From Candidatus Levyibacteriota bacterium (GTDB taxonomy: Bacteria > Patescibacteriota > Microgenomatia > Levybacterales > UBA12049), in the NCBI GenBank assembly GCA_016182185.1, contig JACOXU010000001.1, positions 115,190 through 179,189 on the forward strand: 64,000 nucleotides of DNA, written 5' to 3'. Both the position numbers and the translations under genes were made by a program. Each line of letters starts with the position of its first letter. The stretch's first letter is position 1. Below, in pieces: positions 42,971-52,246 of this stretch. The notes under the pieces are model-generated. The model had not been told where the DNA came from and did not search any database. It saw only the letters and a list, made by a program, of their open reading frames with translations.

Positions 42971-45777
42971 TTACGAAGTACAGTGAAATTCTTACTTTTT
43001 TTTATTTTATCAATTAATGCATTTTTCTTAATATAATCCTCGAATTCTTTAGGCCAATCGTCGATCTCAAGATCAACCTTCTCATCAAGTCTGGTACCTA
43101 ATCTTTTTCTTTCTTCCTGTATTTTTCTAACAATTTCTCTCGCCCTCCACTCAGCTTCAAGCTTTGGGGATTTTTTAAAGTCTAGATCAGCAGATACGGT
43201 ATTTATTTTTACAATATTTGTTATTTCTTTAACGTTAACTTCATCTTTCACTATTACCTTAAGAGACTCGGATAAGCTAATTGGTGTTACTGTTGCTAAA
43301 GAAGCAAGCGGCTGTCTTACTCGTATTCCTTCGGACTTACGCTTGGCAAGTGCAATTTCAACGGTTTGTCGAGCGATATCCATCTCTTCTTCGAGCTTAT
43401 TGTCAATTAAATTTTTATTTTCTTTTGGCCAATCGGCAAGATGAATAGACTCATCTCCTGTTAAATTTATATAAATTTCTTCTGAAATAAATGGTGCAAT
43501 GGGAGCCAAAATTTTAGATAAAGTAATCAAAGCCTCGTAACATGTGCCATAAAAATTAAGCTTATCCCTTTGATCGTCAGCTGTTGGCCCTACTCTGTCT
43601 CTGCTTCTTCTTATATACCATGTCGAAAGTTCATCAATGAATTTCTTAATGTGATCGACAGCTCCAGCAGTATTATAATTTTCAAGATCGTAAGTAACAT
43701 CTATTATCAATTTATTAATTAAAGAAATTATCCATCTGTCTAATAAATGATCGCTTTTATTTCCATTGTTATGTGGAATCCATCTATCTATTGATGCATA
43801 TGTCACAAAAAAATTATATACATTCCATAGAATGAGCATTAGTCCTCTTACCTGGTTTTTATATTGCTCTTCTGATATTAGAATATCTTCTCCCCGCATG
43901 ACCGGACTTCCCAAAAGATACAAGCGAAGAGCATCTCCCCCGTATTTTTCAATCATCTCCTTGGGATCTGGGTAATTACCGTAATTCTTGCTCATCTTTC
44001 GGCCATCAGTACCCAAGATTACTCCTTCAACCAGTACATTTTTAAAAGCATTGGATTCAAAAAGAGCACACCCGATTACATGCACCACATAAAACCAGGC
44101 TCTTATTTGACCTGTATATTCTGCAATAAAGTCCGGCGGAAAAAAGTCTTCTAGTGTTTCTTTTTTATCAAAGGGGAAATGTCTTTCAGCAAATGATGCG
44201 CTACCTGCTTCGATCCAACTATCGAGCACCTCAGGAACCCGACGAGCATCTTTACCACACTTTCTGCATTTAATCGTTACCTCATCAATGTCAGGCTTAT
44301 GAAGTTCGGTGATTTTTCTTCCGCTTAACTCTTCAAGTTCTTTTATTGAACCCGGGACTATTCTTTCTCCGCATTTACATTCCCATACGGGGACAGGAGA
44401 ACCCCAATACCTGCTTCTTGAAATATTCCAGTCAGGGGCACTTTCAAGGCTTTTTAGGAATCTTCCATATTTAAAATGCTTAGGAAACCAGTTCACTTTC
44501 TCATTGGTTTTCTTAAGCTTATCTTTGAGAATCTGGATGTTTACATACCAGGCATCTTGCGGGGCATAATAAAGCCTGGTATGGCATCTCCAGCATAACG
44601 GCACGCTATGAGCATATTCCTCTTCATCGTATAACAAGCCTTTTTCCCTAAGATCCTCATTTACAGCTCTATTTGCTTTAAGATAATACATTCCCCCAAA
44701 TTTCGGTACGCTATCAAGCACATTTCCTTCTTCATCCAGATGGGTGACAATCTGAATATTCTCATTTTTCATGACCGCTAAATCCTCTTCTCCATAAGCT
44801 GCAATTGTGACTACGCCAGTACCTTCTTCAGATGTAACAAAGTTATCCCCTACGATAACAAAAGCTTTTTTGTCAACATCAATCTTATAAAAATCGTAAT
44901 GAGGTATAAATTTCTTGCCTATCAACTCCTTTCCTTTAAAAGGCTTTGAAGCAAGTTCGTATTTACCTTTAATAATTTTTCCGACCGCATCTTTTGCCAG
45001 AATATATATTTCGTTTTTTTGCTTGATCTTCACGTAATCTATATCGGGATTTACTGCCAAAGCAGGAGTCACGATTTTATTCCAGGGAGTAGTTGACCAG
45101 GCAAGAATATAGGTTTTTGGCTCATCTGGAATCTGATATTTATATACGCTTGCCAAATCTTTCATGTCTTTATAATTATCTGAATCCATTGCTACTTCAA
45201 AATTTGATATCGGAGTCGAACAGTGAGGACAATACAAAGAAACACGAAGGCCCTTGTAGATATATCCTTTGTCGTACATTTGCTTAAACACCCACATGAC
45301 ACTCTCCATATAGGAAAAGTCCATCGTCTTATAGGCATTCTTAAAATCCACCCAGCGGCCAATGTGATCAATGTACCATTCCCATTCACTTGAAACATTT
45401 TCTACATAAAGCTTGCACTCATCTATAAATTTTTTTATTCCTATTTTTTCTTCGATATCTTTCTTCCTTTTGATTCCGAGTTTCTCCTCAACCTTGTTCT
45501 CGGCAGGAAGCCCATGACAGTCCCAGCCCCATACTCTTCTGACTCGATATCCTTTCATTGCCCAGAATCTGGGGAAAACATCTTTGGGAATACTTGACAG
45601 GAGACTTCCGTAATGGGGAAGTCCGGTTATGAAAGGCGGACCATCAAGAAACGTCCATTTCTTATCTTTTGGTCTTGATTCAACAGATTTTTCAAATATT
45701 TTATTTTCTTTCCAATACTTAATAATTTCCTCTTCCATTTGAGGAAAATTTATTTTGGGATCAACAGGTTTAAACAT
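42967..45777 (-). CDS. ileS: isoleucine--tRNA ligase (type 2-like)
   Basis: DGPP, GWDCHGLP, AWSTTPW, WNISRSRYWG, KMSK; type-2-like C-terminus. The HIGH equivalent reads HYGS. Confidence 0.96.
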   Translation of the reverse strand: MFKPVDPKINFPQMEEEIIKYWKENKIFEKSVESRPKDKKWTFLDGPPFITGLPHYGSLLSSIPKDVFPRFWAMKGYRVRRVWGWDCHGLPAENKVEEKLGIKRKKDIEEKIGIKKFIDECKLYVENVSSEWEWYIDHIGRWVDFKNAYKTMDFSYMESVMWVFKQMYDKGYIYKGLRVSLYCPHCSTPISNFEVAMDSDNYKDMKDLASVYKYQIPDEPKTYILAWSTTPWNKIVTPALAVNPDIDYVKIKQKNEIYILAKDAVGKIIKGKYELASKPFKGKELIGKKFIPHYDFYKIDVDKKAFVIVGDNFVTSEEGTGVVTIAAYGEEDLAVMKNENIQIVTHLDEEGNVLDSVPKFGGMYYLKANRAVNEDLREKGLLYDEEEYAHSVPLCWRCHTRLYYAPQDAWYVNIQILKDKLKKTNEKVNWFPKHFKYGRFLKSLESAPDWNISRSRYWGSPVPVWECKCGERIVPGSIKELEELSGRKITELHKPDIDEVTIKCRKCGKDARRVPEVLDSWIEAGSASFAERHFPFDKKETLEDFFPPDFIAEYTGQIRAWFYVVHVIGCALFESNAFKNVLVEGVILGTDGRKMSKNYGNYPDPKEMIEKYGGDALRLYLLGSPVMRGEDILISEEQYKNQVRGLMLILWNVYNFFVTYASIDRWIPHNNGNKSDHLLDRWIISLINKLIIDVTYDLENYNTAGAVDHIKKFIDELSTWYIRRSRDRVGPTADDQRDKLNFYGTCYEALITLSKILAPIAPFISEEIYINLTGDESIHLADWPKENKNLIDNKLEEEMDIARQTVEIALAKRKSEGIRVRQPLASLATVTPISLSESLKVIVKDEVNVKEITNIVKINTVSADLDFKKSPKLEAEWRAREIVRKIQEERKRLGTRLDEKVDLEIDDWPKEFEDYIKKNALIDKIKKSKNFTVLRK

Positions 45778-45808
45778 GAATTAATTCTAGCCTAAAAATA
45801 CGCTTAGT

Positions 45809-47362
45809 TCAAGGAGAGTGTAGAATTTTAAATTTCTTATCAAGATACAGCCATATTTGAGTTATCGGATCGAAAAAATCTATCCTTCTTCTGCTTGCTC
45901 TCATATTTTTAACGGCGGGATATGAAGATTTTTCCTTTTTTGCGATTGAATATATTATTAAGTTATCTTCTTCACTAATCTTCTTATATTCATAAACCAA
46001 ATATTTTGTTAATAAGGGTTTAAGCAAATATGAATGTTTATACGAAAGAGATAGGGAATGCAAGTATGGACCCGAATACAAGCCGTACGGATCAGATACT
46101 GCCGATGATGTAATAAATATTTTCTTTCTATTTTTTAGGTATTCGTTTAGTTTTTCCTCTAATCCGCCCTCAATTGTACTTAGCACTTCACCGTTATAAC
46201 TTTCTTTTATATACGGTTTTTCAAAATGGCTGATAATTAATAAACCTTTGGGCAAATTTTTTACAAAATTTGCCTCGACAAGATACGGAACATTTTTAAG
46301 AAGGGGTAATTGAGGAAATGTTGTGAATATCAAATACAATATAATTAAAAACGCATATTTAATATTTTTGTTTATCAACAAAGAAGTCAAAATTGCCAAC
46401 CCAAATCCGGTAATCACTGAATGACGGCCAAAAAATAGTGAGTCCCAAGCTTGATTAAGAATTATTGAAGGAAGAACAAGAAGAAATAACAGCCAAAAAT
46501 ATTTTTTATTTGAAAAAAATAATTTGAAGATTGAAATAAACCCTAAAATCACAATCAGATTAGTGTTATTTCGCAAAAGAGGAATAATAAAATTACGAAG
46601 ATAAACGAAAAAATCATATATTGAAAAATCTTTTGGAATATCGCCTTGATGACTAAAATATGAAACAAGAAAAGCATTGGCAAATGATATGCTGGAAGAA
46701 TAAGCTAAAAGATAAACGCTTATTGATCCAAAAAGGGATAAACTGATTAGAAAATACAAAGATACCTTATATACAATTTTCTTATTTAAGAAATAGCAAA
46801 GAGCGATAAGAAAAGGTAGCCATAAAATAACACTAAATTGTATAAAAAAGGAAAATCCAAAGAAAAACGAACTTAATAAAAGAAAGAAAATTTTCTTTTT
46901 CTTAAGATAAAGCAAAAGAAAATATAGCGAAAATATAAAAAATGATACATATGTTGTTTCGATCATTACAGTTAGATTTGCGATCCAATAAAGTGGAAAA
47001 AGAGAGGCAAATATTGTAGAAAAAAGTGCTGTTTTTTCATCAAATAAAATCTTTACGGATTTATAAAAGAAATAGATAGAGAAAGTTGCAAGTATTACTT
47101 GAGAAAATAGTACTAAATATAAAGAACTAAAATTTATAAACTTGGCAAAATTAAATATTGGCCAAAATAACAGAATGTATCCTGCGTGATAGGGAATATG
47201 TCCTGAAACTATAGCTGTGAATAGATTATTTTCAGATAATCTTCTTGCATATTCCGATGAGTCAAACATTACAGGATCTGTGGTTATAAAAAAAATCCTT
47301 GAAAGAAAAAATAAAAAAATAAGTATAAATAGTGATTTATTTTTAATTTTTCTCAAAATCAT
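45809..47362 (-). CDS. GT-C fold membrane glycosyltransferase
   Basis: FDSSEY first loop, PYHAGY, IET, GRH; polytopic. Confidence 0.6.
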   Translation of the reverse strand: MILRKIKNKSLFILIFLFFLSRIFFITTDPVMFDSSEYARRLSENNLFTAIVSGHIPYHAGYILLFWPIFNFAKFINFSSLYLVLFSQVILATFSIYFFYKSVKILFDEKTALFSTIFASLFPLYWIANLTVMIETTYVSFFIFSLYFLLLYLKKKKIFFLLLSSFFFGFSFFIQFSVILWLPFLIALCYFLNKKIVYKVSLYFLISLSLFGSISVYLLAYSSSISFANAFLVSYFSHQGDIPKDFSIYDFFVYLRNFIIPLLRNNTNLIVILGFISIFKLFFSNKKYFWLLFLLVLPSIILNQAWDSLFFGRHSVITGFGLAILTSLLINKNIKYAFLIILYLIFTTFPQLPLLKNVPYLVEANFVKNLPKGLLIISHFEKPYIKESYNGEVLSTIEGGLEEKLNEYLKNRKKIFITSSAVSDPYGLYSGPYLHSLSLSYKHSYLLKPLLTKYLVYEYKKISEEDNLIIYSIAKKEKSSYPAVKNMRASRRRIDFFDPITQIWLYLDKKFKILHSP

Positions 47363-47415
47363 TAGTTGAAGTATATCAAATTAATTGTGGTAGAATATTT
47401 TTTTGTTTGTAAAAT

Positions 47416-48954
47416 TTATTTAGTATTTCTTTTATACAATGATACTAAATACTCACCCTCTATCTCAGAATTATATATATTTTTATATCTCATAAAGAAT
47501 TCTAAAGGTAAATTCTTACTATCTCCCCTAGTTACCACTACGTAATCAGCGTCTGTTTTCTCATCAGAATATCCTTTGTTTATCAAATCTTTTCTTAGAG
47601 ATGGAAAAACATATTTTGGGGTAACTATAAGAGCAACTGAAGATCCCTGAGGTAAATTTTTATTGATCCAAAAACCTATTTCTCTTTGTCCTTCTCCCCA
47701 CCAAGAAAATTCATAATCTTTTCCAGAGGCTTCCTTTGAGCCTCCTATTATTTGATTGTAGTAATCAAGATAATAAGGATATGCCCGTGCCATATCCCAA
47801 ATCATAAAAATTACCAGAATGACCAGTAAAAAAGCAAACTTGCCTTTAAGTATTTTTGAAAAACCAAATGCTGAAAGGATAGCAATTGCAGGATAAATAA
47901 CGAAAATGTATCTGGTTCCCCCCATCTGAATACTTACTAACGAGAAAAACATCAGTGCCGAGAAAAACCACCACAGAAGCAAAATCAAAAAATAATTCCT
48001 CTTTGTAAATCCTACAAATATTCCAATGATCAATCCTAAGATAATCGGGACAGGAGTTGTGACCAAAAGTCTTCCTACAAAATAAAATGACGGGCCTATC
48101 GGTCTTACCTGATTTTCTTGGAAAGTTAATAGCAAATATTTTGGGAATTCACTCCACATAAGAGGCCAAATAGCGATCCCCAAGAAGAAAGAAATTAAGG
48201 GAATCAAAATAAGCCTCCAATTAAATACTTCCATCTTTTTGTTGAATAGATAATGAATTAAAAGCCACCCTGTCAAAAATAAAAAAACATAAATATTGTT
48301 ATACCTAGTCCAAAAAAGTAAACCACATAAAAAGCCGATGATAACATAAAGTTTTGTTATTTTTGGATTCTTAAGTAAATGGTAGAAAAAAAATGCCGTC
48401 AAGCTAAAAAGGAAAACCGACAATGACTCATAAGTTATTAGCTGTCCCATTACGAGAAAACGGGGAGTCAAGACAAGAAACAAACCAGGAACCAAAACCC
48501 AATAACCTTTGAGCATAAAAAATGCCAGAATTGTAACAACCGCAATGGCAATACTGTTAAAAAGTGCTGATGCTATTCGGGGAAAAGTAAAATCATAATT
48601 AACTGCAAAAAGCTTCTCGTTTAACTGAGTTATAATATAATTTCCATTGCTTATTTGAGTAATTTCATTTGGTAGTAAAAAGCTACGAAGATTACCACGA
48701 CCGTCATCAAGCCTAATCATTTCAGGCCTAATGAATAATCCGTAAACATACTTGGCTACCATAGGATGCTCTTCTCCTATTTTCCATGAATCAGTGGAAA
48801 AATCACCTGCAAAAATTCTATCCCACGCGATATAACCCATATCGACTTTAAATTGCTCATCCCAGGTTCTGCCGATTTTATTTATCCCAATCAAATGAGA
48901 AATTATTGCAATAAAGAAAATAAATATAACTAATAGCGGTTTATTATTTTCCAC
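47416..48954 (-). CDS. GT-C (ArnT/PMT-like) membrane glycosyltransferase
   Basis: TWDE, EHP, RY, PYYLDYYN motifs. GTG start 7 nt after a TATAAT. Confidence 0.72.
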   Translation of the reverse strand: MENNKPLLVIFIFFIAIISHLIGINKIGRTWDEQFKVDMGYIAWDRIFAGDFSTDSWKIGEEHPMVAKYVYGLFIRPEMIRLDDGRGNLRSFLLPNEITQISNGNYIITQLNEKLFAVNYDFTFPRIASALFNSIAIAVVTILAFFMLKGYWVLVPGLFLVLTPRFLVMGQLITYESLSVFLFSLTAFFFYHLLKNPKITKLYVIIGFLCGLLFWTRYNNIYVFLFLTGWLLIHYLFNKKMEVFNWRLILIPLISFFLGIAIWPLMWSEFPKYLLLTFQENQVRPIGPSFYFVGRLLVTTPVPIILGLIIGIFVGFTKRNYFLILLLWWFFSALMFFSLVSIQMGGTRYIFVIYPAIAILSAFGFSKILKGKFAFLLVILVIFMIWDMARAYPYYLDYYNQIIGGSKEASGKDYEFSWWGEGQREIGFWINKNLPQGSSVALIVTPKYVFPSLRKDLINKGYSDEKTDADYVVVTRGDSKNLPLEFFMRYKNIYNSEIEGEYLVSLYKRNTK

Positions 48955-49029
48955 TTACTAAATTATAAACCTAAAGATCGGCAATACTCAATTAGATTCA
49001 ATCTTATATATTGTGATAAAATAATTTTG

Positions 49030-49146
49030 ATGCTAGATTGGTGGAAATCGCTTTCTTTTACAGAACGGTTAATTTTGTTTTCCCTATTAATTCTGCTTTT
49101 GATAATCTTGTACTGGGGATACCGCCATCCTCAATGGCTCGGCTGA
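49030..49146 (+). CDS. 38-aa single-pass membrane small protein (not in ORF track)
   Basis: MLDWWKSLSFTERLILFSLLILLLIILYWGYRHPQWLG. TGnTAAAAT ends 7 nt before the ATG. Fills an otherwise empty intergenic gap. Confidence 0.6.
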   Translation: MLDWWKSLSFTERLILFSLLILLLIILYWGYRHPQWLG

Positions 49147-49159
49147 TCAGATTGGCAAA

Positions 49160-49780
49160 TCAAAAGTATTTTAATAACTCAGTTAAAGATTCAACTATGA
49201 TATCCGGGTTCTCTTTCTTGAGTCTTTCTTTTACATGGTAACCATTAGTGACCGCGACTGATTTAATTCCCGCTTGCCTTGCTACTTGTATATCATAAAT
49301 AGTATCGCCAATGTAATATGTATCGCTATTTGCTTTAAAATTTTCTAGAACATTTTGTATCCCAGTCACTTTGTCCCGCACACTTCCTATGAATTCATCA
49401 AAAAAATGATAGACCTCATATTCCTTTGCTTCTTCTTCTAAATTTTGCGCAGGATGAACGCTTATGACAAAAAGCTTGGATCCGTTGTGAGATAATTTTC
49501 TAATAACCTTACGTGCGTCAGGGTAAATTGTGGGATGAATATCTGATTTTCTTACTCTATCAAACGTTTCCTTATATTCACTGAGAGCTTTTTCAGGTTT
49601 TGTCTTAACTCCATAAGATCCTAATAGCTCAACAACGCTTTGCCTAGTGTTAATCAGCCAATCTTCAAAACTGACTCTTTTTTTGCCATACTTTTCAAGA
49701 AGTAACATATTTGCTTCATAAACCGGCTGTCTATCATCGCTTATCACCCCACTCCAATCAAAAATTAGAATATTCTTCAT
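49160..49780 (-). CDS. HAD-family hydrolase (phosphoglycolate-phosphatase-like)
   Basis: FDWSGVI (motif I variant), K, IGDTIYD. Start at 49780 lies 6 nt after a TATAAT. Confidence 0.85.
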   Translation of the reverse strand: MKNILIFDWSGVISDDRQPVYEANMLLLEKYGKKRVSFEDWLINTRQSVVELLGSYGVKTKPEKALSEYKETFDRVRKSDIHPTIYPDARKVIRKLSHNGSKLFVISVHPAQNLEEEAKEYEVYHFFDEFIGSVRDKVTGIQNVLENFKANSDTYYIGDTIYDIQVARQAGIKSVAVTNGYHVKERLKKENPDIIVESLTELLKYF

Positions 49781-49825
49781 ACTATGATTATACAACAGCT
49801 TTAACTTCTTGATATAATCCAATAA

Positions 49826-50512
49826 ATGACAAGTCATCAACAGAAGCAGATTGAAGTTATAAATCAGATAGAAAAACGAGTAAAAAATAATTCTCTAAAT
49901 TTCAGTACTGTATCTCCTGTAAAGGATTATATAAATGACACAAGAGTCTGCTTAACAAGCGTTCATTTACCCAATCAAAGTCTTTTAAAAGAAATTAAAG
50001 AATCATTTATAGAACCATTGATTAATATTGAGCCGGATTACTACTATTACAACGAAAGTTCTCTACATATAACAATTAAAAGCGTTAGAGTAATAAACGA
50101 TCCTCCACATTTTACAGAAGAGACTGTATCCAAGGCAAAAAAGGTTTTTTCAGAAGTTATACCAAGCCATAAAAAATTCAAAGTGTATTTTTATCGTTTT
50201 CTTCTTTTTCCAAATAATCTTACATTAGTTGGTACCACTGATCCTGAATTTGATGAACTGTTTATTGATTTAGATAAAAAGCTGAATGAAGAAGGAATAC
50301 CAGATGATAAAAAATACAGTAATCCAGAATATTACTTCGTAAATATGACCCTTGTAAGATTCCCTGCGCCTTCTGATAAAATTAAAGCAAAAATTAAAGA
50401 ACTGTTATCCAAATTTCCTCTTAGGTCCTATATGGTTGACTCTGTAACTCTTTTGACATGTAACGCTGTTTTTAAAAAGCGAAGGATTATTAACAGCTGG
50501 AAATTGAAGTAG
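49826..50512 (+). CDS. 2H phosphoesterase-superfamily protein
   Basis: LHITI motif; second motif reads VNMTL; about 230 aa. Confidence 0.6.
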   Translation: MTSHQQKQIEVINQIEKRVKNNSLNFSTVSPVKDYINDTRVCLTSVHLPNQSLLKEIKESFIEPLINIEPDYYYYNESSLHITIKSVRVINDPPHFTEETVSKAKKVFSEVIPSHKKFKVYFYRFLLFPNNLTLVGTTDPEFDELFIDLDKKLNEEGIPDDKKYSNPEYYFVNMTLVRFPAPSDKIKAKIKELLSKFPLRSYMVDSVTLLTCNAVFKKRRIINSWKLK

Positions 50513-50587
50513 TATAAACTTTTCCTAAAAAATAAAGCAAATATATCAAGTTTGTTTAAAATGTATATACATGATATACTCTTTTAT

Positions 50588-50713
50588 ATGAAAGACGAAC
50601 AGATTAAGAGATATGAACAAAAAAATCCCAAAAAGGCTAAGGTGATCAAAAAGGCTATCGATCAGGGAGTCAAACAGTATGAAGAAACCTTCAGGAGACT
50701 CGCTGCAGCCTAA
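50588..50713 (+). CDS. 41-aa putative Doc antitoxin (not in ORF track)
   Basis: [41 protein letters not shown]. Amphipathic C-terminal helix; overlaps doc; TGnTATACT ends 7 nt upstream. Confidence 0.65.
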   Translation: MKDEQIKRYEQKNPKKAKVIKKAIDQGVKQYEETFRRLAAA

Positions 50714-51122
50714 CTGGATAGATATTGAAGATTTCGAATTTATTTGTTTTAACCTTACTCGAGAATTACTTTCCTTCGACGAACCAATACCCGACTACTC
50801 AACTAGAGATAATTCATTGTTGGAATCATCGCTTGCCTCTCCAAGACAAGCATATGAAATAACTGGCGCAGGTCTTACAGAACAAGCTGCAATATTGTTT
50901 TATTCCTTAATAAAAAATCATCCTTTTCGAAATGGAAATAAAAGAATAGCGGTAATTAGTATTCTTGTTTTCCTTAGCTTAAATAAGAAATGGCTTGATA
51001 TCCCTCCTCATCTACTTTACAAACTTGCTGTCATAGTTGCAACGTCTTCTCCCAATATAAGAAGTGAGGTTCTAAAAGACACAAAAGGGATACTTGAGGA
51101 ATATATTATAGATAAAATCTAA
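50679..51122 (+). CDS. death-on-curing (Doc/Fic) family toxin
   Basis: LLESSLASP and HPFRNGNKR (Doc-type motif with Lys). Confidence 0.88.
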   Translation: MKKPSGDSLQPNWIDIEDFEFICFNLTRELLSFDEPIPDYSTRDNSLLESSLASPRQAYEITGAGLTEQAAILFYSLIKNHPFRNGNKRIAVISILVFLSLNKKWLDIPPHLLYKLAVIVATSSPNIRSEVLKDTKGILEEYIIDKI

Positions 51123-52204
51123 TTCCTTTGCCTCAAAAATGCGGGGATTTCGAATACGTCTTCTTCCTCTTCAATTACTTCTTCATTTCCCTGAACTTTT
51201 ACCTCTTCTGTCTTTTTCTCAGGAACTACGAATTCCTTAAGCACTTGTCTTGTCTGATCAAATCCTGTAGCAATTACAGTAATTTTGATCTGATCGTGCA
51301 TGCTTTCATCAACTGTAGCGCCAAAAATGATATTTGCATCCGGATCTGCGGCAGATGAGATAATTTTGGCAGCTTCATCGACCTCGCTCATGGTTATATC
51401 GGGCCCTCCTGTGATATTAAATAGCACTCCGCGTGCTCCGTTCATCGAGATCTCAAGAAGAGGAGAGGCAATGGCCGATCTTGCGGCAGCTTGTGCTCTG
51501 TTTTCCCCAACGCCGGTGCCAATTCCCATAAGAGCAGATCCTGCACTTGACATAATTGTCCGAACGTCGGCAAAATCAACATTAATAAGACCGGGTAAAG
51601 TGATAAGATCTGAAATTCCCTGGACACCCTGTGTAAGCACTGAATCTGCGACCTTAAATGCCTCAAGAAGCGAGAGTTTCTTGTCAACCACATCTAGAAT
51701 TCTTTGATTGGGAATTACAATTAAAGTGTCTACCTTATCCTTTAGGTCTTCAATCCCGTCCTCTGCCGCAACCATTCTTCTTGTTCCCTCAAAAGAAAAT
51801 GGTTTAGTAACTACTGCAATCGTTAATGCGCCTATTTCCTTCGCAATTTTGGCAATTATGGGCGATGCGCCTGTACCTGTGCCTCCACCCATTCCGGCTG
51901 CGATAAAGACCATGTCAGAGCCCTCAAGCATGTCTTTGATCTTTTCCGAAGATTCTTCAGCTGCCTGACGTCCAAGCTCTGGATCTCCGCCTGAACCTAA
52001 GCCCTTAGTAAGGTTTTCTCCGATTTGCACCTTGGTGGCGGACTGGGACATAAGAAGTGATTGCGCATCTGTGTTGACTGCCACAAAATCACATCCTTGA
52101 ATTTGGCCTGTCGCAATCATGGAGTTTAAAGCATTATTTCCGCCGCCGCCTATACCCATTACTCTTATCTTGGCGAAATTTGTAGTTTGTGGCTTAATAA
52201 GCAT
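51119..52204 (-). CDS. ftsZ: cell division protein FtsZ
   Basis: GGGGNN, GGGTGTG, INVDFAD, C-terminal IPAFLR. Confidence 0.99.
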   Translation of the reverse strand: MLIKPQTTNFAKIRVMGIGGGGNNALNSMIATGQIQGCDFVAVNTDAQSLLMSQSATKVQIGENLTKGLGSGGDPELGRQAAEESSEKIKDMLEGSDMVFIAAGMGGGTGTGASPIIAKIAKEIGALTIAVVTKPFSFEGTRRMVAAEDGIEDLKDKVDTLIVIPNQRILDVVDKKLSLLEAFKVADSVLTQGVQGISDLITLPGLINVDFADVRTIMSSAGSALMGIGTGVGENRAQAAARSAIASPLLEISMNGARGVLFNITGGPDITMSEVDEAAKIISSAADPDANIIFGATVDESMHDQIKITVIATGFDQTRQVLKEFVVPEKKTEEVKVQGNEEVIEEEEDVFEIPAFLRQRN

Positions 52205-52246
52205 AGGTACACTAAATGTAGCAGATTAATTTATTTTTTGCAAGCA

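Noticed and set aside
49038-49241. 67-aa ORF from the track in the 49.0-49.2 kb gap
   Set aside because: It overlaps the HAD gene and has no features. The 38-aa frame at 49030 has an ATG, correct promoter spacing and a clear TM helix.
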